Positions 29,127 to 38,156 of a stretch of DNA of 64,000 bases are shown in pieces. Under the pieces are notes generated by a model that saw only the letters and a program-made list of their open reading frames with translations, was not told the DNA's origin and searched no databases. Numbering within the stretch: position 1 is the first letter of the stretch; every line of letters starts with the position of its first letter. The DNA is from a candidate division FCPU426 bacterium (lineage in GTDB: Bacteria; Oederibacteriota; JAAXVQ01; JAUVAV01), in contig JBFLYH010000001.1 in assembly GCA_040756875.1 (NCBI GenBank), positions 1,341,367 to 1,405,366 on the forward strand, in the 5' to 3' direction. The translations under genes and the position numbers were made by a program.

Positions 29127-29716
29127 TTAATGACCGCGACCCTGAAGCGTTTGTGGAGTTTGTTGCCGCTCACCACCACGACATACACGCCTGAAGCCAC
29201 CACCTCGCCGCGGTCATTGCGGCCGTCCCAGATCGGAACCATGCCGCGCACCAGCGTCTGTTCTTTGGCCAGTTCGCGCACCAGCGTGCCGCTCTGGCTG
29301 TAGACGCGCACAGTCACCTCGCCGTGCAGCGTGGTGAGGTTTTGAACTTCCAGCGTCTGCCCTTCCATGGGATTGAAGGAATTATGGTTCACTGAAACCC
29401 TCAGGTTGAAGGCCTCGGTGGCGGTCGGCGTTACGGTCGAGGTCGGCGAGATGGTGAACGTCGGCGTGATGGTCGGCGAATGGGTGACGGTCAGCGTAAT
29501 GGTGGGGGTGGGTGTGATCGTAAAGGTCGATGTGAACGTCGGCGTGATGGTATAGGTGGGGGTGATGGTAAAAGTGGAAGTAATAGTATAGGTCTCGGTG
29601 ATCGTGGGCGTGGCCGTAAACGTTGGCGTGTCCGTCGGAGTGTCGGTCGGTGTGGCTGCCAGCGCCACAGCAGGCACAGCCCACGCCATTGTCAGGATCA
29701 TGAACCAACGCAACAT
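29123..29716 (-). CDS. small secreted Thr/Pro-repeat protein with FlgD-Ig-like C-terminal sorting-type domain
   Basis: Signal peptide MLRWFMILTMAWAVPAVALA. (TPTxT)n low-complexity linker. C-terminal ~95 aa with VRVYSQSGTLVRELA...WDGRNDRGEVVASGVYVVVV, the FlgD_ig / T9SS-CTD-like pattern. Confidence 0.65.
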   Translation of the reverse strand: MLRWFMILTMAWAVPAVALAATPTDTPTDTPTFTATPTITETYTITSTFTITPTYTITPTFTSTFTITPTPTITLTVTHSPTITPTFTISPTSTVTPTATEAFNLRVSVNHNSFNPMEGQTLEVQNLTTLHGEVTVRVYSQSGTLVRELAKEQTLVRGMVPIWDGRNDRGEVVASGVYVVVVSGNKLHKRFRVAVIK

Positions 29717-29858
29717 GCCATCACCTCAGAACGAGAATGCAGCCAGTATAGCGGGTCACGCTGTTAAAATCAATGCCGAAGTCTGCCGCCCTTCCCGCCC
29801 CGCGCATTCCAGCCGGCAGCTTCGGAGCGGAAATGTTCAGCGGGCGGCAAGGGCGGCT

Positions 29859-30848
29859 TTACGGATTGGGCGCAAGCGTGAAAGCGTAGGTTTCGACCTC
29901 TTCCAGGCCCCAGGCTTCCCCGGCCTTGGCCAGGGAGTAATGCTTTTCGATCCGCATGGTTCCACTCTGAGGCCTGCCCGGTTTTTCCAGGAAGCGGACC
30001 TTCCCGGTAATCAGGAATCTCCCGCCTTTAAACTGCACGTCTTGCAGGGTTTTCAATCCCACCATGCTCCCCAGCGCGTTCAGGTCATCGCCGCTGAACT
30101 CCAGACGGTTCTCCAATTTCAGTTCCGCGGCTCCGCGGCGCGAGGCAAGGAGCGTGAAGCGGGTCGCCACGGGTTGTTCCCATTCCGAGGCGGCCGGTTT
30201 TTCCGCTCCGGAGACCGCCCAACTCTCGCCTGAAGCAACCGGATGCCCGGGCAGAACGGCGACCAATACCGGCGGAATCTTCAGGCTGCGGATGATGCGT
30301 TCCCCCAGCACGCGGTTGGTCAGCAGCAACTTCACCAGTTCCTGGTTGAACGCTCCGTCCTGCCCGGCGTCCGACGCTTCCCGGCCCAGGGACGTGATGG
30401 CCATGTGCGCCAGCGGCTTGCGGATCAACTGCTCATAGCGGTCCCATCCCTCGGGCCCCAGGTAGGCCTCCAGGGACTGGGTCTCGCCGTACCAGAACAA
30501 CTCACCGGCTTCCCGCCCCAATTCCGCCCGGAATTTCCCCTGCGGGTCGTGGCTGCGCAACCGCAGAAGCGTGAATTCGAGCTGGAATTGTCCGGGTTGC
30601 GGGCCGGGCACGGCGGCGAGCATGAAAGAGGCGCGGATATCCAGGCGCGATGTCTCGCGGGAGAATACCCGGTCGTGATGGGTTTTTTCAAGCTTCCTTT
30701 CCAGAGTGCATTCGGCCTCGACGCGGTAACGGCCGCCGTCGGCAAACCGATAGGCCAGTGTGTTGGGCTGGGGCGAAGAGGCAGGACCGCAGGCCGTCGC
30801 CAATAGCATCCAGGCCAACACCGATGCCGTCCCAGAGATTGCGCGCAT
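29859..30848 (-). CDS. hypothetical lipoprotein
   Basis: Signal peptide plus lipobox LLATAC. No recognised motifs. Confidence 0.5.
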   Translation of the reverse strand: MRAISGTASVLAWMLLATACGPASSPQPNTLAYRFADGGRYRVEAECTLERKLEKTHHDRVFSRETSRLDIRASFMLAAVPGPQPGQFQLEFTLLRLRSHDPQGKFRAELGREAGELFWYGETQSLEAYLGPEGWDRYEQLIRKPLAHMAITSLGREASDAGQDGAFNQELVKLLLTNRVLGERIIRSLKIPPVLVAVLPGHPVASGESWAVSGAEKPAASEWEQPVATRFTLLASRRGAAELKLENRLEFSGDDLNALGSMVGLKTLQDVQFKGGRFLITGKVRFLEKPGRPQSGTMRIEKHYSLAKAGEAWGLEEVETYAFTLAPNP

Positions 30849-30938
30849 GGACTTTCACCTTCGGAAACCGGGTTGAAAATATTTTCCGGTATAACACATT
30901 GATTCGAACGGGTCAAGCGATGGAGTTAAAGAGGCGGG

Positions 30939-31307
30939 TCAGGCACCCAGGATTGCGCGGATTTCGCGTTCAAATTCCTGGGGTTCAAACGGTTTGGTGA
31001 GGTAGGCGTCGGCGCCGGCTTCCCAGCCTTTTTGCACTTCCCGGGGATCGGCCATGACTGTCAGCATGACCACGGGGATATCGCGGGTGGCCGGGCTTTG
31101 CTTCAAACGGCCGCAGACTTCGAAGCCGTCCAAGCCCGGCATCATGACATCCAGGAGGATCAGGTCGGGCCGGATGCGCGCGAGCACGTCGAACAGTTCC
31201 TGCCCGCTTTTCGCCGGAATAACGGTGTAGCGTTGGGCGCTCAGAATAATGTCGATCAGACCACGAATGTCCTTCTCGTCGTCCACAACCACAATCGTTT
31301 TATTCAT
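30939..31307 (-). CDS. single-domain response regulator (CheY-like receiver)
   Basis: IVVVDDE...DLILLDVMMPGLDGFEVC...VVMLTV...YLTKPFE. Phospho-accepting Asp and conserved Lys present. No output domain. Confidence 0.85.
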   Translation of the reverse strand: MNKTIVVVDDEKDIRGLIDIILSAQRYTVIPAKSGQELFDVLARIRPDLILLDVMMPGLDGFEVCGRLKQSPATRDIPVVMLTVMADPREVQKGWEAGADAYLTKPFEPQEFEREIRAILGA

Positions 31308-31418
31308 ATAGACCTCTCCCGGCCAGGCTCCGCCGCCTCTGACTTTATCTTCGGTACTTACCGAAATGGGCTTAAGGCGTCAAACCCGAAAATACACCTA
31401 GCCGGAAAAGGCCATTTT

Positions 31419-31577
31419 CTATTGTTTTTCGAAACTATCCTTGCCGGCGCCGCAATCCGGGCAGACCCAATCCGCAGGCAGGGCTTCAAAAGGCGTGCCT
31501 GGCGCAACCCCGTTCTCAGGATCGCCTTTGGCCGGATCATATACGTACCCGCACACCGTACACACGTATTTATCCAT
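31419..31577 (-). CDS. rubredoxin (52 aa; absent from the ORF track)
   Basis: Hand translation: [52 protein letters not shown]. Two CxxCG knuckles with canonical spacing. AAGGAG RBS 6 nt upstream. TAG stop at 31419-31421. Confidence 0.85.
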   Translation of the reverse strand: MDKYVCTVCGYVYDPAKGDPENGVAPGTPFEALPADWVCPDCGAGKDSFEKQ

Positions 31578-31592
31578 GACGTTCTCCTTTAT

Positions 31593-32432
31593 TTATTTGA
31601 AATTGATCATGGGGACGGAGTTTTCGCCTAACATGGTTTCCGGCAGTTTACCGTCCCATTTTTTTATCCACTCGACCGCCACAATGTCCTTGGTGAGTTG
31701 CATCCGGATCAGCCGCTGCTTCTCCGCCTCGGCTTCGGCCTCAAGGATCGTACGCTGTTTGTACTGTTCGGCCTGGCGTTTCTGATATTCCGCGGTTTTG
31801 ATTTTTTGCTCCTCGATCTGTTTCTGCTCCACGACCCGGTTGAATTCCGCAGAAAAAGTAATGTCCGTCAGATTCACGTCCTCCAGGACAATATCGTATA
31901 ACAGGAGCTTTTTGCCAAGCGTTTCGGTGATGACCGCCTTGAGTTTGGGTCTTTCCACAATTATGTTTTCCACCGGGAAAAGTGCGGTGCCGGCTTTTAC
32001 CGCCTCCTGAATCGACGGTTCGATCACTTTGCGTTCAAAATCCATACCCACTTCCTGGAAAAGCTTGGCGACTTTTTGGTTGTCCAGGTGGTAATTCACG
32101 ACGGTCCGGACGTTCACGGACTGCAAATCTTTCGAGGCGCCGTCGCTGGCGCGTTCGAGTTTCTGGGTTTTGACATCGAACTTGACTACGACCTCAATTC
32201 CTGGAATCCGAAAATTCAACCCTTCCTGCATGACGCGTTCCTGCACGCCTGTAAAGCGGGAGAAAACTACTCCGCGCTCGCCGGCGCCGATAATGACAAT
32301 AGGATTGAGAAACAGTAGGACCAGCACCAACGCCCCAAGGCCGAGCAACCGGCTGGCCCGTTTCCATGATTCCGCGCCTGCATTCCGTTTCATTTCATAT
32401 TCATCCATTTTCTGACTCCTCTCCTGGCGCAC
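31593..32432 (-). CDS. SPFH/band-7 (prohibitin/HflC-like) membrane protein
   Basis: N-terminal TM. PHB domain (GERGVVFSRFTGVQERVMQEGLNFRIPGIEVVVKFDVKTQ...). C-terminal coiled coil rich in E/K/Q. Sits 15 nt upstream of the rubredoxin ORF. Confidence 0.8.
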   Translation of the reverse strand: MRQERSQKMDEYEMKRNAGAESWKRASRLLGLGALVLVLLFLNPIVIIGAGERGVVFSRFTGVQERVMQEGLNFRIPGIEVVVKFDVKTQKLERASDGASKDLQSVNVRTVVNYHLDNQKVAKLFQEVGMDFERKVIEPSIQEAVKAGTALFPVENIIVERPKLKAVITETLGKKLLLYDIVLEDVNLTDITFSAEFNRVVEQKQIEEQKIKTAEYQKRQAEQYKQRTILEAEAEAEKQRLIRMQLTKDIVAVEWIKKWDGKLPETMLGENSVPMINFK

Positions 32433-32502
32433 AGCCTGGTGATGGGGGTTAGTATAAGGAAATGAGAGGGTATGTCAACCGCAATCGGGCGGGAGCCAGG
32501 GT

Positions 32503-35229
32503 TTATTTAGGGGCTTGCGGCTGGATCGGCTCCGCCACGGACAGGAGATACGCCTGGGGGTGGAAGTATATTTTCGCCGCCCGCTTCATGGCCGGAAAGG
32601 TCACGGCCCGGATGGCTTCGGCGTGCCGGCGGCGGTAATCGTCGCCCAGGCTGTGGTATTCGATTTCACGGTTCAGATAAGCCAGGCCGGCGTTGGTTTC
32701 CAGTCCCAGCGCCAGTTCGCCCACCAGCTGCTCGCGCGCGTCGTCCAGCATCTGTTCGCTGACCAGCCCGGACTGGATTTTCTTCATTTCGGCCAGGGAC
32801 AAGGCCACTGCCTGGTCCACCTTGGACGGGTCAGTCTGAAGAAACAGGCACCAGGGGCGCACGCCGCGCGAAAGCTTGAACATCGAGTAGATGCCGTAGG
32901 TCAACCCGGCGCGGTCGCGGACTTCCCGCATCAACTGGCTGGAGAGCCCCGCCCCGCCGAGCACCTGATTGGCCACGAAAGCCGGATAATAATCGGCGTC
33001 GAGCCTGCGGAGGCCTTCGTGCCCCAGCACCACCATGCTTTCCTGTTTCCCCGGCAGCTCCTGCCGGTGGGTTTTAATTTCTTTGACTTTAGGCATGGGA
33101 GTTGGATCCACCGGCTTCCACTCGGCCTGGCCCTGTTCCCACGCGCTGAACAGCCGCTCCACCCATTGGCGCACCTGTTCGGGATCCAGGTCCCCGGCCA
33201 GGGAAATGATCGTGCCCTGGGGCCGGATTTGTCCCTTGTGATACTCTTCCAAATCCCTGCGGCTGACGCGTTCCAGCCCGGGCTCCGCAGTAATCAGGCT
33301 GCGGGTCATGGGATGGCCCGGCCCGTAGGCCAGTTCGGAAAATCCCTGCCAGGCCTGGGATTCCGCGTTGTCTTTGGCCACCGCGCTGCCGGTCAGCAGC
33401 TGCTTTTTAACCCGATCCAATTCCTCCTGGGGAAAGGTGGGCGTCAGCAGGCATTCGGCCAGCTGTCCGAGCAAAAGCTCCATGTCTTCTTTCAACGCTT
33501 CGCCGCTGAACGTGAGTTCTTCCAGCCGCACGGCAAAAGACAAGTGGGCGCCTTTAAATTCCAGGGCCGTGGCCAGTTCCCGGGCGGTATGGCGGGCGGT
33601 GCCGCGGTCCAGCAGTTGGGCATGGGCAAAAGCCAGGCCGGGCTTGTCCTCCGGTTCCTGGAGCAACCCGCCCCGGATCAGGCCGGATAAAACGAACATG
33701 GGATTCGCGGGATTGCGTTCGACCAGCAAGGTCAGCCCGTTGGCGAGCTGGTAACGCTGGCAGGCGCTTTTGGCCTGGGTTTTGCCGCCGTCTCCGGCGG
33801 AAGCCGGCGGTGCGGCTTGCGGCCAGGCGGCTTCCGCCTGGTCGCGGTCAGAAAGCGGGCGCCAGGAAAGATTTTCCTGCGGCGCCGGCGCCAGCGGCCC
33901 GGCGGGTTCGCCCGGCACGGGCTCGAAGAATCCTACGGTCATCCGCTCCGGCTGGAGGTAGTTCCGGGCCGCAGCCTGAATCTGCTCTCGGGTCACCTCA
34001 GCCACTTTTTGCGGATACTGGTCCAGCAAACGCCAGTCTCCGGCTACGGTCTGATAGAATCCCATCAGCATGGCCTGGTCGGTCAGGCTGTCCTTGGCGT
34101 ATACCAACTCGGCGCGGGTTTGGTTGACGGAACGCTGGAATTCCTCCGGCTCGAGCAGCTGGTTCTTCACGCGTTCAAACTCGTCGAGCAGGGCTTTTTC
34201 CACGGTCTGCGGCGCGACACCCCGCTGGCAGACCGCGACGAAGGTCCAATAACCCGGATCGATCATTTCCAGCGGACCGCCGCCGACCGAAACCGCTAAC
34301 CCGCTCTCCACCAGCGCGCGGTACAAGCGCGATGCCTTGCCCTTGGTCAGCGCGTCGTTCAGCACGGTCAGCGGAAAATGATCCGGATGGCCGGCCGGCG
34401 GGATGACGATGTTCATGCGCACGATGGCGGCCGGGCCGTGATCCGACAGCGACACCCGGCGCTCGCCGCGCTGCGTTTCCACCGGCGCAGAAAGCCCCGC
34501 AGAAATCGGTTTGGAGCGCAAAGCGCCGAAATTGCGCTGCACCAGATACCGCAGGCGATGGGGATCAAAGTCGCCCACCACCACCAAGGTAGCGTTGGCC
34601 GGCTGGTAATACGCTTGATAGAACTGCTTGAGCTGTTTGCAGGTCAGGGCGGCGACCTCGTTTCGCCAGCCGATGACCGGGCGGCGGTAGGGATGATTCA
34701 GCCAAGTCTGCGCATTGACGAGATCCCGCAACCGCACGTCCGGATGGTTTTGGTAGCCGTCCAACTCGGACAGGATGACCGTACGCTCCTGTTCGAACTC
34801 CTTGGGGTTGAGCAGGGCGTTGACCATGCGGTCGGACTCGATCTTCAGGGCCAGTTCCAGGTATTCGGCCGGCACGGTTTCGAAGTAAGCCGTGTAATCC
34901 TGGCTGGTGAAGGCGTTTTGCTCGCCGCCGGTCCGGCCGATGAGCCGGGCGATTTCGCCCTTTCCGTATTGCTTGGTGCCCTTGAAGAGCATGTGCTCCA
35001 GGAAATGCGCAAGCCCGGACTGGCCGGCCGGTTCCTGCCGGCTGCCCACCCGGTACCAGATGTACACCGAAACGACTGGCGCATGATGCAGGGGTTTGGC
35101 GACGACGCGCAGGCCGTTCGCCAGTTGATAGTCTTGCACCGTTTCCGTCATGGTCACCTCGTTTTTTCCCAGCGCAGCGCCGCACAGCAACATCGCCGCC
35201 AGCGCGCCCATCGTCCGTTGCCATTTCAT
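32503..35229 (-). CDS. M16-family (pitrilysin/insulinase) zinc metallopeptidase, tandem double-M16 fusion (908 aa)
   Basis: Signal peptide. Inverted zinc motif HFLEHMLFKGT with downstream Glu. A second M16-like unit follows in the C-terminal half. Confidence 0.8.
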   Translation of the reverse strand: MKWQRTMGALAAMLLCGAALGKNEVTMTETVQDYQLANGLRVVAKPLHHAPVVSVYIWYRVGSRQEPAGQSGLAHFLEHMLFKGTKQYGKGEIARLIGRTGGEQNAFTSQDYTAYFETVPAEYLELALKIESDRMVNALLNPKEFEQERTVILSELDGYQNHPDVRLRDLVNAQTWLNHPYRRPVIGWRNEVAALTCKQLKQFYQAYYQPANATLVVVGDFDPHRLRYLVQRNFGALRSKPISAGLSAPVETQRGERRVSLSDHGPAAIVRMNIVIPPAGHPDHFPLTVLNDALTKGKASRLYRALVESGLAVSVGGGPLEMIDPGYWTFVAVCQRGVAPQTVEKALLDEFERVKNQLLEPEEFQRSVNQTRAELVYAKDSLTDQAMLMGFYQTVAGDWRLLDQYPQKVAEVTREQIQAAARNYLQPERMTVGFFEPVPGEPAGPLAPAPQENLSWRPLSDRDQAEAAWPQAAPPASAGDGGKTQAKSACQRYQLANGLTLLVERNPANPMFVLSGLIRGGLLQEPEDKPGLAFAHAQLLDRGTARHTARELATALEFKGAHLSFAVRLEELTFSGEALKEDMELLLGQLAECLLTPTFPQEELDRVKKQLLTGSAVAKDNAESQAWQGFSELAYGPGHPMTRSLITAEPGLERVSRRDLEEYHKGQIRPQGTIISLAGDLDPEQVRQWVERLFSAWEQGQAEWKPVDPTPMPKVKEIKTHRQELPGKQESMVVLGHEGLRRLDADYYPAFVANQVLGGAGLSSQLMREVRDRAGLTYGIYSMFKLSRGVRPWCLFLQTDPSKVDQAVALSLAEMKKIQSGLVSEQMLDDAREQLVGELALGLETNAGLAYLNREIEYHSLGDDYRRRHAEAIRAVTFPAMKRAAKIYFHPQAYLLSVAEPIQPQAPK

Positions 35230-36572
35230 CGGCGCGGCCCCGCCTCCAGCCAGGATAGCTGGCCCGCGTCCGGGGCCACATCCGCCGGCGCCGCCTCGTC
35301 GTCGAAAAGCCGGATGCGGCCGTAGACCCCGTCATAGCCGGGAACGGCCGACACGGCGCCCCGGCGCATGCGCATCAGGGCTTCGGCCACCCGGCCGCCC
35401 GCCCATTCAGCCACCTGGTTTTCCGGGGCAAAAAGCAGAATCTCCAGTTCACTCCCCCCCTGTTCGACCAGCTGGTCCCAAACCCGCTGCACGCCTTTGG
35501 AGGCCGGCTTCTTGCCCAGGGCCTCGGCGACGATCTCGTCCAAGGGGATCAAATGCACGCTGGGTACGGCTTCCGGCGGCACGAAGCCCGCCGGACGGTC
35601 GGCCAGCTGCTCCACCCGCGAAGCCACGCCGCCGGTGAACGGTTTGCCGCACACCGGGCAGCGGCCACCCCATTCGCGGTACTCCGCGGGCGAAGCCGAC
35701 CGGCGGCAGGCGCTGTGCCCGGGCCAGTGGTATTTGCCTTCCTCGGGAAAGAACTCGACGGTGAAGCGGAACCGTTCGCGGTCCTTGCGGCGCAGGATGT
35801 CGCCCAGGTCCGTCCACGTCAGGGGCCCGCGGAAGACGTTGCACTCCCGGCCCAGGCGGCTCGGCGAATGGGCGTCGGAATTGGAGATCAGCGCCACGCG
35901 GTCGAGCTGGGACAGCCGCCAATTCATTTCCGGATCCGAAGAAAGGCCGGTCTCCGCCGCCGCCAAAAAGCCGGTTTCGTCTTCGAAGCACTCCTCCAGC
36001 GAATCGAATCCCGATTGCTCTCCCAGGACCGAAAACCAGGGCGTCCAGATGTGCGCCGGAATCACCAGGGTCTCCGGATCGATGCCCCTCAGCAGTTCGC
36101 ACAAGTGACGCGCCGAAAAGCCGAATATCGGCCGGCCGTCCGAGGCCACGTTGCCACGGCTGGCCAGCGCGCGGTTAATCTCGCGGGCCGTTTCCAGAGA
36201 GCGCGCCAAAAACAGCATGTGCACCCGCCGGGTTTTTCCGGCCTGCTTGTAGATGTGCGAAGTCTCCGCGGAAAGCACGAACCGGACATCCGGCCCCGCG
36301 CCGCGCAGCCGGTAAAAGCCGCTCTCATCGGGTTCCAGCTGTTCGGTCAGTTGCCGGAAATATTCGGGATGGGTGAAATCCCCCGTGGCCAGAAGCTGCA
36401 AGCCCTTGCGCCGGCCCCAATAGTGGAGCGAGGCGACCTCCATCTGGCTGGACGTGGCCCGGGAGAACTTAGAATGCAGGTGCAGGTCCGCGAACACCAG
36501 CGGCCGCGGTTGGGGGCTGAGGTCAGCCACCCGTCCGACCGCAGGTCCTGACGACGGGGGATTCACTGCCAC
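35226..36572 (-). CDS. PHP-domain protein, endonuclease Q-like
   Basis: N-terminal PHP metal-binding signature FADLHLHSKFSRATS...GDFTHPEY. C-terminal zinc ribbon GGRCPVCGKPFTGG. Overall architecture resembles EndoQ/TIGR00375. ATGA overlap with the M16 peptidase gene. Confidence 0.5.
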   Translation of the reverse strand: MAVNPPSSGPAVGRVADLSPQPRPLVFADLHLHSKFSRATSSQMEVASLHYWGRRKGLQLLATGDFTHPEYFRQLTEQLEPDESGFYRLRGAGPDVRFVLSAETSHIYKQAGKTRRVHMLFLARSLETAREINRALASRGNVASDGRPIFGFSARHLCELLRGIDPETLVIPAHIWTPWFSVLGEQSGFDSLEECFEDETGFLAAAETGLSSDPEMNWRLSQLDRVALISNSDAHSPSRLGRECNVFRGPLTWTDLGDILRRKDRERFRFTVEFFPEEGKYHWPGHSACRRSASPAEYREWGGRCPVCGKPFTGGVASRVEQLADRPAGFVPPEAVPSVHLIPLDEIVAEALGKKPASKGVQRVWDQLVEQGGSELEILLFAPENQVAEWAGGRVAEALMRMRRGAVSAVPGYDGVYGRIRLFDDEAAPADVAPDAGQLSWLEAGPRR

Positions 36573-37120
36573 CGGGCTTCAAAACTGCAAACGCGCGCAC
36601 CTTGCCGGCGGCACTGCAGCACTTTGGCTTCGACGTTCTTGGCGCCCGAGGCCTCCACCACGCCCTGGATCCAACCAAGAACCGACAGGCAATGTTCGTG
36701 CATCGGGGTGTCGAAAGCGCTCAGGGTGATATGCACGCATCCTTTGCCCTTGACCTCGGTCTGAAGCTGGCCGGAATCGTAATAGCGGTTCCAGACCTGG
36801 GCGGCGCGCTGAATGATGAACTCGGGCGACCCAAATTTGAAAAAGATTTTGTAGATGCCGCGGACAGCCTCGCCGGCCGACCGGCGCCCCATTTCCACCA
36901 GCAAGGCGCCGTCGCCCTGGCCTTTCACCTGGTCAATGGCACGGCTGAATTCCACCAGATACTGCAGGGGATACCACTGGCTGGCAAACGCGCCGTTCTC
37001 AAGCAGTTCCACCATCTCAGCGGACAGCAGCGCACGGACGCGCGTCTGCTGTTCGGGGGTGCACTGGTCGCGGAGGAAATTCAAGCGGGCGATCAGCGCG
37101 CTACCTTTCACTCTGGCCAT
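36563..37120 (-). CDS. small cytoplasmic protein, unknown family (paralog 1 of tandem pair; possibly DUF2378/V4R-like)
   Basis: 185 aa. Conserved with the neighbouring paralog: KG(S/T)AL, TPEQ(Q/K), SPEFIIQR(A/G)A(Q/K)VWN(R/Q)Y, EHCLSVLGW, C(R)R(Q/K)GA.(V/F)C...ARW. Confidence 0.5.
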   Translation of the reverse strand: MARVKGSALIARLNFLRDQCTPEQQTRVRALLSAEMVELLENGAFASQWYPLQYLVEFSRAIDQVKGQGDGALLVEMGRRSAGEAVRGIYKIFFKFGSPEFIIQRAAQVWNRYYDSGQLQTEVKGKGCVHITLSAFDTPMHEHCLSVLGWIQGVVEASGAKNVEAKVLQCRRQGARVCSFEARWQ

Positions 37121-37130
37121 GGCAGCTCCT

Positions 37131-37688
37131 TTAATCCCAACGGGCAGTGATTTCGCAGAACGGGGCGCCCTTGCGCCGGCATTTGCTCATCTCCGTACGC
37201 ACGTTTTTTCCACCTGATAATTCCAGCGTACGGTGCACCCACCCGAGCACGGAGAGGCAGTGTTCCTCGGTGGGCGATTCCACTTCGGTCAGCGTAATCC
37301 GCGCCTCTCCGGGGGCGACTTTCGCCACATTAAGCTGGCCGTTGACGAAATACTGGTTCCAGACCTTGGCCCCGCGCTGGATGATAAACTCCGGCGAACC
37401 CACTTTGTAGAAAAGCTTGTAGACGCCCTTGAGGCCCTGATCCGCCGAATAATACCCTAACTTGGGGATCAGGGACAGATCGCCCGTGCCGAGGACCTTG
37501 TCCAAAGCGCGGTTGATTTCAATATAATATTCGAAAGGATACCAGGTTCCGAGAAAGATGCCCTGGCGGACTTCCTTCTGGAATTCCGGGCTCAGCAGCG
37601 CGACGATTTTTTCCTTCTGCTCGGGCGTGGCCTTTTCCTCCAGATACTTGATGCGGGGCATCAAGGCCGTACCCTTGACTTTGGCCAT
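37131..37688 (-). CDS. small cytoplasmic protein, unknown family (paralog 2 of tandem pair)
   Basis: Start at internal ATG 37688 with AGGAG RBS (MAKVKGTALMPRIKYL...). About 45% identical to 36563..37120. Confidence 0.5.
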   Translation of the reverse strand: MAKVKGTALMPRIKYLEEKATPEQKEKIVALLSPEFQKEVRQGIFLGTWYPFEYYIEINRALDKVLGTGDLSLIPKLGYYSADQGLKGVYKLFYKVGSPEFIIQRGAKVWNQYFVNGQLNVAKVAPGEARITLTEVESPTEEHCLSVLGWVHRTLELSGGKNVRTEMSKCRRKGAPFCEITARWD

Positions 37689-37701
37689 GTACCGACTCCT
37701 T

Positions 37702-38145
37702 TCAACTGCGTTCCCCGCCGCGCCGGAAGGTGTCCGGAACCGGGGAGTAGATTTCGCGATACCAGATCGTAATGCCGCGGCCAATGGCGAAAAAGCCCGT
37801 GGCTGCGTATGACAGCACGACTATTATACTGGAGAGCCGCGCGGTTTGCAAAGCCGCCGGCTGGGTGGCGGAGCGGAAAAAATACTCCCGCAGGGCGGGC
37901 ATCAGCCACCAGGACCAGACCAGTATCCAGGTCCAGCCGCCGTCCAAAAACCAGTAAAAGCGCTGTATCGTGCGCGCCGGAGGCATGCGGTCCGTCCCCA
38001 GCAGCCACACGCGCAGACCCGGCCGGGCTTCGAGCCAGGCGATAAAATCCCTCCGCAGAACCAGCAGCGCCATGACCGTCAGGCCCAGCCACAAGGCCAG
38101 GCAGGCCGCATAATAAAGCAACGTGCCGAACGGCAGAGTGTTCAA
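37702..38145 (-). CDS. hypothetical membrane protein
   Basis: The track's long form (to 38271) would overlap the radical SAM gene by 115 nt. An in-frame TTG at 38145 lies 4 nt after a GAGGAGG, directly after the radical SAM stop. Trp-rich TM segments (YWFLDGGWTWILVWSWWLMPAL). Confidence 0.35.
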   Translation of the reverse strand: MNTLPFGTLLYYAACLALWLGLTVMALLVLRRDFIAWLEARPGLRVWLLGTDRMPPARTIQRFYWFLDGGWTWILVWSWWLMPALREYFFRSATQPAALQTARLSSIIVVLSYAATGFFAIGRGITIWYREIYSPVPDTFRRGGERS

Positions 38146-38156
38146 ACCGCCTCCTC

